A DNA stretch of 16,819 nucleotides, taken from a virus. Both the position numbers and the translations under genes were made by a program. Below the pieces are notes generated by a model. That model saw only the letters and a list, made by a program, of their open reading frames with translations. It was not told the DNA's origin and did not search any database. Location: the UHGV virus genome UHGV-0353285. The stretch is one strand, 5' to 3'. This document shows positions 8,527-15,189 of this stretch, piece by piece. Each line of letters begins with the position of its first letter. Position 1 is the stretch's first letter.

Positions 8527-9155
8527 CAATGACGAGCCAGAGTGTACTGCCTCCTAACGCAGTAACACCAGAAAGAGCGCTGGAAGCCGTTTTATCTCAT
8601 GTCGGCGATTTGCCTGGTGATATACGAATTATTAAAAATCCCGACCTGTGTCCCGCAAATTTGCTCCCATGGCTAGCGTGGGAATACGCGGTTACGTACT
8701 GGAATCCGGACTGGAGTGAGCGACAAAAACGCGAAATTATCAAAGCAGCCGCGTGGCAAAACAAACACCGCGGCACCCGTGGAGCTGTTGAACGCGCGTT
8801 ATTAACTGTCGGATTTAATAGCAAAATGCGCGAGTGGTTTGAAGCCACACCCAGGGACGACCCGTATACATTCGCAATTAAAATATATCTGCTAAAAAGT
8901 ATGGGGTTAGATTTAGAGCTATTGAATACATTTATTGCACAAATATTTGATGCAAAAAATTGTCGTTCATTATTAAAAGAAATAAATTTCGAAACTGGTG
9001 TTGATGGTGAGTTTTTTATAGCTGGTACACCTTACGCGAAAATAGGCGTAAATATACCGGCAGATGGTGATGGCGGCGTGAAATTAAATGGCGGATTATA
9101 TATATCAGGCTCACCAATTGTTAGTTTAAATGTGGAGATAGGGCCAAATGGCTGA
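8523..9155 (+). CDS. Baseplate/tail protein I (P2 gpI-like)
   Basis: 210-aa ORF with conserved N-terminal block (LLPWLAWEY.V..W...WSE..KR..I). Start is GTG at 8523 (overlapping the J stop) or ATG at 8529. The C-terminal third is markedly AT-rich. Confidence 0.82.
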   Translation: MTMTSQSVLPPNAVTPERALEAVLSHVGDLPGDIRIIKNPDLCPANLLPWLAWEYAVTYWNPDWSERQKREIIKAAAWQNKHRGTRGAVERALLTVGFNSKMREWFEATPRDDPYTFAIKIYLLKSMGLDLELLNTFIAQIFDAKNCRSLLKEINFETGVDGEFFIAGTPYAKIGVNIPADGDGGVKLNGGLYISGSPIVSLNVEIGPNG

Positions 9156-10065
9156 AAATAAAATTTACGCAGTACTGACAGACCGCGGCGCACAACTCGA
9201 AGCCGCTGCGCTGGCGTCAGGCGTGCCGGTGGTGCTGAACAAATTTGTTATCGGTGACGCGAACGGAAACGACGACGTAACACCGGATCCGGCGCGTACT
9301 GCATTAATTCACGAGACGTATCGCGGGGATATTAAATCGTCAGAAAATAGTGGTAACCAGGTTATCTTTACACTATACGTACCACCGGAAACCGGCGGCT
9401 ATACTATCCGTGAGGTGGGAATATTAACCGATAAAGGCGAACTGTACTCAGTTGCACGTTCACCGGATATTTTAAAACCTACGGACAGCAACGGCGCGCT
9501 GATTTCAATTACGTATAAATACACGCTCGCGGTGTCCAGCACGTCTACTGTTAACGTAGTTATTGATAACAGTAGTGGAATGAGTCAGGCCGATGCTGAT
9601 AAGCGATATTTGCAGATAAGAAAAAATTTATCTGAAATTAAAGACAAAGGCGCGGCGGCGCAAAAAACGGCACGGGAAAATATCGGCGTTAATCTTGATG
9701 ATTATTACACCAAAAAGGACGTAGACAATTTAATTGATGATAGCGATGACCTCGCACCGGTGGTGCCTGCGTTTGCAGCTGTCGGCTCAGTTGTTTATGC
9801 AGGATTTGGATTTAGTAACGAGACTGTTATGCACTATAAACCCGGGGATACTATTGCAGGTTCATTGATTTTTCCTGCGTATATATATAGAAAAAATGCG
9901 CAGTTAATTAGCGACGTTATTATTAGTATAGGATTTTCAGCAGAATCCCTGCCTGGCTTGTGGGCGCTCTCAGGGTATATGCCGTCGAGTTCCGAACCGA
10001 CAGACGGTAATGCCGAAGCTATTTTTACAGCGAGTTTTGCAACAAATTTCATTAGAGTAGCCTAA
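9148..10065 (+). CDS. Tail fibre protein (P2 gpH-like N-terminal baseplate-attachment domain, divergent C-terminus)
   Basis: 305-aa ORF with start overlapping the gpI stop. The N-terminal ~130 aa (KF.IGDANGNDD..PDP..TALIHE.YRG...S......V.FT...PPE.GGYTIREVGI.TDKGELY) resembles the conserved fibre N-terminus. The C-terminal half is AT-rich and unrecognised. Confidence 0.75.
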   Translation: MAENKIYAVLTDRGAQLEAAALASGVPVVLNKFVIGDANGNDDVTPDPARTALIHETYRGDIKSSENSGNQVIFTLYVPPETGGYTIREVGILTDKGELYSVARSPDILKPTDSNGALISITYKYTLAVSSTSTVNVVIDNSSGMSQADADKRYLQIRKNLSEIKDKGAAAQKTARENIGVNLDDYYTKKDVDNLIDDSDDLAPVVPAFAAVGSVVYAGFGFSNETVMHYKPGDTIAGSLIFPAYIYRKNAQLISDVIISIGFSAESLPGLWALSGYMPSSSEPTDGNAEAIFTASFATNFIRVA

Positions 10066-10070
10066 ATAAA

Positions 10071-10304
10071 ATGTTTAAAGATGATGATTTTTCAAATATA
10101 AAATTACCGCGCTATTCTAGCACATCAGGCAATAGTATTGATGTTAAATGTGATATCAGAGGTATCGGTAGTGATATTTTATTTACTGCATCTAAAACCG
10201 ATTCCACATTATATGGAAGGAATTTATACGAGCGAGCTTTGGCCGGTGAATTTGGTGATGTCGCTGAATATGTGGCTCCAATTATAATCGAATCAGGAGA
10301 GTAA
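10071..10304 (+). CDS. Hypothetical small protein (possible tail fibre assembly chaperone or accessory gene)
   Basis: 77-aa AT-rich ORF in the slot where P2-like tails carry the fibre assembly gene. No clear SD and no recognisable family. Confidence 0.3.
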   Translation: MFKDDDFSNIKLPRYSSTSGNSIDVKCDIRGIGSDILFTASKTDSTLYGRNLYERALAGEFGDVAEYVAPIIIESGE

Positions 10305-10309
10305 AAGAA

Positions 10310-10651
10310 ATGAGCACTAATTTTTTACATGGGCCTCGCACGCTCGAATACGACGACGGCACAAAAGAGATCAACACAGTCGATATTTCAGTTATCGGGA
10401 TTGTTGGTACTGCACCGGATGTTGGGCTAGGGGAGAGGGCATCATTAACGTGGGGATCACCGCTGGCAAATAATGTAGTCACCTTTTTCCCGGTCTATTA
10501 TGGGGATTACGGAAATAAATTTGCAGTTGAAATTATTAAGAAGGGTATTTCTGGAATTAAATACGGATATAGCACACTTCCAGACGGAACAATAAAATTA
10601 ACGCTCGGGACCGACAGCACAACAAGCCGGAACGGCTGGCGCAAGACGTAG
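10310..10651 (+). CDS. Small ORF carrying a tail sheath N-terminal motif (sheath 5' fragment or split sheath N-terminal part)
   Basis: 113-aa ORF with strong SD (AGGAGA, 10292-10297). The first ~37 residues (MSTNFLHGPRTLEYDDGTKEINTVDISVIGIVGTAPD) match the conserved N-terminal strand of contractile sheath proteins. The stop TAG (10649-10651) overlaps the GTG of the downstream sheath ORF. Confidence 0.5.
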   Translation: MSTNFLHGPRTLEYDDGTKEINTVDISVIGIVGTAPDVGLGERASLTWGSPLANNVVTFFPVYYGDYGNKFAVEIIKKGISGIKYGYSTLPDGTIKLTLGTDSTTSRNGWRKT

Positions 10652-11802
10652 TGACTCACGGTGAAGGGCGAACCGCTGAGGATTGTATTTGTGTAGGCAT
10701 TGACGAGGACAGTAAAAATGACGGAATTGTTTATCAGATGCCCGTCACGAGCCTGACGGGCGGTTCTGACGCTCCATTTCCAGTCAACATACCCACACTA
10801 ATTGCAGGTAGTCAGAAAAAAGCGGCGCTCCTGGGTGCAGCAGGCACTCTCCCCGCAGCCATCACTGATATTTTAAATCAGACAGATGCGCTAATTGTTG
10901 TTGTTCGCGTAGACGAAAACACAGACGCGACAAAAGAGCGTGAGAACGTAATCAACGGAATTAACGTTTTGTTAACATCGGGACAAATAAACCAGGTGAC
11001 TCCACGAATTTTGATTGCACCTGATTACAGCGCTAATGACGACGTCGCTGCCGCGCTGGAGGTAGTCACAAATAAATTACGTGGAGTCGGCTATATTGAT
11101 TCTCCACGCACGGCATCGCCCGCAGACGTCGTTAACCGCCGCCATAAATATAGCGCGCGCATGGAAATACTACGCCCGCGTGTGTTTTCCACGGGCGATC
11201 TCAGTGATCTGTCGCGTCCATATTCAGCTATCGCCGCTGGTTTACGAGCCAGAATTGACAACGAAAAAGGGTTTTGGTGGAGCAAATCTAATCAAAATAT
11301 TTATGGAATAACAGGGCTTGAGCAGGTTGATGATTTCATTATTGGCGAGACAAACTGCACGGCGAACCTGCTGAACGCTAGTCAGGTAAGCACCATCATT
11401 CGCTATGATGGATTCCGACATTGGGGTAACTATCTGTGCAGCCTGGATCCGCAGTGGTCGTTTGAATGCGTTCGTCGGACAGCTGACGTAATTGAAGATT
11501 CTATAGCCCGGGCAATGATGACAGATTTTATTGATCGCCCGATAGACCTGCATCTCGGAACAGACGTTGTCGAGTCGATAAACGCATATCTGCACAAATT
11601 AGAGGAGCAGGGTGCGATTAACGGAGGGCGTGCGTGGTTAGACGGTGAGTTGAATACAAAAGAAAGTCTGGCCGCTGGTAATCTTTATATTAATGTTGAT
11701 TTTGGTCCGAAATCTCCGGCACAAACAATTACGTTAATGTACCGCATTAATAATGACTATACAGTTGAAGCGCTGGCCTCCCTTTTTAAAGAAACAGCCT
11801 GA
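10651..11802 (+). CDS. Tail sheath protein (P2 FI-like)
   Basis: 383-aa ORF with sheath-like blocks throughout (FPVNIPTLI.GSQKKAA, ALIVVVRVDE, PRILIAPDYS, LRARID.EKGFWWS.SNQ.I.GITG, C.ANLLNA..V.TIIRYDGFR.WGN, LYINVDFGP). GTG start with weak SD; the frame is open upstream only back to 10573. Confidence 0.88.
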   Translation: MTHGEGRTAEDCICVGIDEDSKNDGIVYQMPVTSLTGGSDAPFPVNIPTLIAGSQKKAALLGAAGTLPAAITDILNQTDALIVVVRVDENTDATKERENVINGINVLLTSGQINQVTPRILIAPDYSANDDVAAALEVVTNKLRGVGYIDSPRTASPADVVNRRHKYSARMEILRPRVFSTGDLSDLSRPYSAIAAGLRARIDNEKGFWWSKSNQNIYGITGLEQVDDFIIGETNCTANLLNASQVSTIIRYDGFRHWGNYLCSLDPQWSFECVRRTADVIEDSIARAMMTDFIDRPIDLHLGTDVVESINAYLHKLEEQGAINGGRAWLDGELNTKESLAAGNLYINVDFGPKSPAQTITLMYRINNDYTVEALASLFKETA

Positions 11803-11819
11803 TAATTCGGAGAGTAAAT

Positions 11820-12332
11820 ATGTCAGATAGCAACGCTTACCGCGCGTTTGCGCTATTCGTGCAGGGTGAACGGGTTTTAAATTGTACTGAATATACTCCA
11901 GTCGATATGAAAATAATCGAAGACGAGTTTAAAACAGGCGCGATGGATACAGCCATCACCTTGGATGGTGGTATGGAGAAAATGTCAGCAAGTTTTAAAG
12001 TTTCAGGTTCTGATTCTGGTGTTATGAGCTATTTCGGGTTAATACCGGGAGTCAAGACGCGGTTTGAAATTCGTAGTGCGTACACAGACTCATATGGAAT
12101 AAATTTTGAGCGTATTGATACCTACGAGGGACTTATTACAGCAATCACTGATGACGCTCAGGGGACTGATTCAAAATCGTCAGTGGGGCAATCAGTAACG
12201 ATTGCGCCGAGCTATTATAAACGAGTTCAAAACGGACGAATTATTTACGAAATTCATCCTGCAAAAATGAAGCGCGTTATTAACGGTGTTGATGTTCTTG
12301 CGGGCGTCGCTCGAATCCTTCATGTATATTAA
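11820..12332 (+). CDS. Tail tube protein (P2 FII-like)
   Basis: 170-aa ORF directly after the sheath with GGAGAG SD. Size and motifs (GGMEKMSASFKVSG, SYYKR, INGVD.LAG) fit the tail tube family. Confidence 0.85.
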   Translation: MSDSNAYRAFALFVQGERVLNCTEYTPVDMKIIEDEFKTGAMDTAITLDGGMEKMSASFKVSGSDSGVMSYFGLIPGVKTRFEIRSAYTDSYGINFERIDTYEGLITAITDDAQGTDSKSSVGQSVTIAPSYYKRVQNGRIIYEIHPAKMKRVINGVDVLAGVARILHVY

Positions 12333-12344
12333 AAGGCAAATAAA

Positions 12345-12626
12345 ATGGAATCATTATTAGACAGTATGACTATTACGCTCTCTCGCCCGTTTATTATTAA
12401 AGGCGAGAGCTGCGATACAATTACTATTCGCGAACCAAAATTACGCGATCGTATTATGTTCAGTAACGATAAAAGTGGTCTTGAAGAGCGGACAGCGACA
12501 ATGCTGGCACGCTTGGCAAATCTGGAGCGAGAGGATTTATATGCACTGCCTGCGTGCGATTACGATCAAATGGAGGCCGCGTTTAACGAACTGGTAAAGC
12601 CCCCGAAAGACCGACATCAGATATAG
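12345..12626 (+). CDS. Tail assembly chaperone E (P2 gpE-like)
   Basis: 93-aa ORF between the tube and tape measure genes, the conserved position of the tail chaperone. The N-terminus (ITLSRPFIIKGE..DTITIREPKLRD) resembles gpE-family proteins. Confidence 0.75.
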   Translation: MESLLDSMTITLSRPFIIKGESCDTITIREPKLRDRIMFSNDKSGLEERTATMLARLANLEREDLYALPACDYDQMEAAFNELVKPPKDRHQI

Positions 12627-12757
12627 TTATTCTGATTCCGTTTATTGCGAAAAAACTTGCTATCCCGCCCGATACGCAAATGGACCTGCCGTATCGGGTT
12701 TTTAATTTCTATGTAAACGAGGTCATGAAAACCGATGGCTATTTCTCAAAACTTTAA
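12345..12757 (+). CDS. Putative E' (E+E') product made by -1 ribosomal frameshift near the 3' end of E
   Basis: The -1 frame is open from 12485 to a TAA at 12755-12757 and would extend E by ~50 aa (…PFIAKKLAIPPDTQMDLPYRVFNFYVNEVMKTDGYFSKL), ending 23 nt inside the tape measure gene. No canonical X_XXY_YYZ heptamer; nearest candidates are GGTAAAG (12593-12599) and the C5 run 12600-12604. Confidence 0.45.
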
Positions 12758-14375
12758 AACGCAGGTTGTATTTGGGGGGCGAATAGACCCGTCGTTTCGG
12801 CGCGGTACAACAGAACTCAACGACGCCATTCGGCAGACGTCGTCTACTGTCGGAAAATTAACGAAAAGCCAGGATAAATTAAAAGACAAAATCGCAGCAA
12901 TGAAACTGGCGGGTAAAGACGTTTCTGATTTATCTGCTCAGTATCAAAAGCTGGACCGTCGGATAAAAGCGACAACACAGGACCAGGAAGCTCTGAATAC
13001 TCAGCTCGCCAAAAAACAGCGGCTGGAGAATTGGACGGGGCGCGCAAAAGGGGCTGCAAAATGGGGAGGGCGAGCCGCCGCAGGTGCGGTGAGGGCCACG
13101 GGACGGGGTATCAAATGGGGGACGCTAGGGGCTGTGGGGCTGCTCGGCGGCGCGGCTGCTGGCGCGCTGGCAATGAATGCAGAGACGTCAGAAAAGCTCG
13201 GTCTGGCGAAGTCCTACGGTGTTGGCATCGAAAAATACGCTGCGTGGGAAAATATTGGTAAAGCTGCAGGGCTGAATGGCGAAAACGTAGGAGATCTGTC
13301 GGAGGAGTTGACTAATAAAATCGGGGAGGTTGGAAACGAAAAAAACCTGAATCCCATGTTGTTTCAAATTGGCCTGACAAAAAAACGGATGGCTAAATGG
13401 GATCGAGAAAAACAGTTCAATGAAGTTATGCGGCGTATCTCTGAAATGAAGGATGATCAACAGGCGGCGAGTCTGGCTGATCAGCTCATGGGGGGAGAGG
13501 CTAATAAAATAATGACCTATATGCGGGCGACTGGTAAAAGCTGGGAGCAGACTATGTCGGACGCTCAAAAATCGAACCTGCTAACGAAAGAAGGGGCTGA
13601 GGGGGCAGCGCGCGCGCACGTATCCGTCACGAATCTATGGGGGGCAATTACATCGGGGTTGGCAGATACGCTCGGTAAAATCGGGGGGGAACTCGCGCCG
13701 ACGTTTGACGCTATGCGAGACGAGCTGGCATCCTGGTTTAAAGAGAATCAAGGGGGGGTTGTTGATAGTATTAAAGAATGGGTTAAGCCAGAAAATATGA
13801 AAAAAATGTGGGAGGGGATAGTCAGTTTTGGCGAGGCGTGCGTTAAATTCGGAAAAATAATTTGGGCAGTAGCAAAAAAACTTGAGTGGTTAATACCGGA
13901 CGAGAAAACAGACGAGGAACAGCGCGTATATAACGAAGAATATAATAAAGCGTATCAGGAATTCATGGATAGTGGTGGTAAATATTCACCGAACCCAGGA
14001 CTGGCAGCAGATAATGTAGCAAAAGCAAAGGCCGACGAAGCCGTAGATAATATGCGACACCCTGAACGTCTTGCTCGTGCAAAATCACAGGCTGAATCAA
14101 TGCTCTCGTTTGCTAACCCGTTTACTGGATTAATAAATAAAGACTCAACGCCTGAATCACAAAACTCAGCAACCTTGAATATTGACGCGCTGAGACAGGC
14201 AGTCGCAACTCCAGCGCCAGAGCAAAACAATAAAATTGAAATCAATATTATCGGAGCGGCAGATCCACAATCAACACAGCAGGCTGCTGCATCGGGTGTG
14301 CTCGACGGGTTGAGACAAGTTGCGAGTTCGTATAATCGTGGCGCGATGTTTGATAAACCAGCGGCGGCGGGGTGA
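12735..14375 (+). CDS. Tail tape measure protein
   Basis: 546-aa ORF downstream of the chaperone with GAGG SD. It has a coiled-coil-like N-terminus, a Gly/Ala-rich hydrophobic segment (GTLGAVGLLGGAAAGALAM) and a long alpha-helical, low-complexity body. Confidence 0.8.
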   Translation: MAISQNFKTQVVFGGRIDPSFRRGTTELNDAIRQTSSTVGKLTKSQDKLKDKIAAMKLAGKDVSDLSAQYQKLDRRIKATTQDQEALNTQLAKKQRLENWTGRAKGAAKWGGRAAAGAVRATGRGIKWGTLGAVGLLGGAAAGALAMNAETSEKLGLAKSYGVGIEKYAAWENIGKAAGLNGENVGDLSEELTNKIGEVGNEKNLNPMLFQIGLTKKRMAKWDREKQFNEVMRRISEMKDDQQAASLADQLMGGEANKIMTYMRATGKSWEQTMSDAQKSNLLTKEGAEGAARAHVSVTNLWGAITSGLADTLGKIGGELAPTFDAMRDELASWFKENQGGVVDSIKEWVKPENMKKMWEGIVSFGEACVKFGKIIWAVAKKLEWLIPDEKTDEEQRVYNEEYNKAYQEFMDSGGKYSPNPGLAADNVAKAKADEAVDNMRHPERLARAKSQAESMLSFANPFTGLINKDSTPESQNSATLNIDALRQAVATPAPEQNNKIEINIIGAADPQSTQQAAASGVLDGLRQVASSYNRGAMFDKPAAAG

Positions 14376-14800
14376 CAATGAGTGATGCAATAAACGGTGC
14401 TGAGGATATCATGCTCGGCCTGGGTGATTTCATTTTTGCTATATCAACAGTAGCGTACAACAAACTGCAACGTAGTGACGCCTGGCGCTGGGCTCAGCAA
14501 ACACGATTCGGGAAAAACGACGCGTTGCAGATAACCGGACGACCGAACCCCACAATCACTATCGATGGAAAGATAAACGCTTTATTTCTTGACGGGTGCG
14601 GCGTCGGCCTGTTGACAGATTTGCGTGCGCTTGGGAACACGGGAGAACCCCAGCAGCTAGTGCTGGGGACCGGGGAGGTGAAAGGGTACTGGGTGCTGCG
14701 AGAACTAACTGAAACGCAAAACAGCTTTTTGATGGGCGGAACCCCAAAATCGCAGGACTTTTCACTCACGCTCGAATATTATGGAGCTTCGCTAGATTAA
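14372..14800 (+). CDS. Tail protein U (P2 gpU-like)
   Basis: 142-aa ORF overlapping the tape measure stop (GTGA). gpU-like motifs (LGLG.F.F, Y..LQR...WRWA.Q.R.G) and the conserved position after the tape measure. Start is GTG 14372 or ATG 14378. Confidence 0.82.
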   Translation: MTMSDAINGAEDIMLGLGDFIFAISTVAYNKLQRSDAWRWAQQTRFGKNDALQITGRPNPTITIDGKINALFLDGCGVGLLTDLRALGNTGEPQQLVLGTGEVKGYWVLRELTETQNSFLMGGTPKSQDFSLTLEYYGASLD

Positions 14801-14973
14801 TATAAAATCAAGCGCTACCAGAGCACTTAACAAGTATAAAAATAATAAAAAAAACTACGAACATAAATGTAAAACAACCTGATGGTATTTTTTTTGACGC
14901 CGAAATACTAATACCTCTCCGACTACTAAAATTAATTCTCATTATGAAATCCTTTTAATTAATGGGGCCCCAA

Positions 14974-15186
14974 ATGATTACATACACTACACGGGACGGT
15001 GACCGTCTCGATCAGATCTGCCTTGCTGTCTACGGGAGAACAGCAAAAACGACAGAAACCGTGTTATATCAGGTTTTAAATTACGGCGTAACGGATATGT
15101 GTGCCGTGTTTCGTGCAGGAGAAAAAATTGTTTTACCAGAAATCGACCCCGAACCGGTTAAAAAAGAAACGCAATTATGGGATTGA
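14974..15186 (+). CDS. Tail protein X (P2 gpX-like, LysM-type)
   Basis: The frame is open from ATG 14962, but ATG 14974 (MITYTTRDGDRLDQIC..YGRT...ETVL) has the better G-rich SD and matches the gpX N-terminus. About 70 aa, ending ...QLWD, typical of gpX. Confidence 0.8.
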   Translation: MITYTTRDGDRLDQICLAVYGRTAKTTETVLYQVLNYGVTDMCAVFRAGEKIVLPEIDPEPVKKETQLWD

Positions 15187-15189
15187 TGA

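Noticed and set aside
9148-10482. Possible invertible tail-fibre segment (Mu G-segment or P1 C-segment style) or diversity-generating retroelement
   Set aside because: No flanking inverted repeats, no reverse-strand fibre C-terminal coding segment, and no invertase or reverse transcriptase gene in the window. The reverse ORFs at 9834-10052 and 10282-10482 look like shadow ORFs.
13031-13261. 76-aa Arg/Cys/Gly-rich ORF (and antisense 13188-13568) within the tape measure gene
   Set aside because: It falls in the GC-rich Gly/Ala-rich stretch of the tape measure in an alternative frame. Composition-driven, with no start context.
14894-14932. Sigma70-like promoter in the U/X spacer (TTGACG at 14894-14899)
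   Set aside because: No -10-like hexamer at an acceptable 16-19 bp spacing; TACTAA-like elements are too close or too far. Left as an open question, not an annotated feature.
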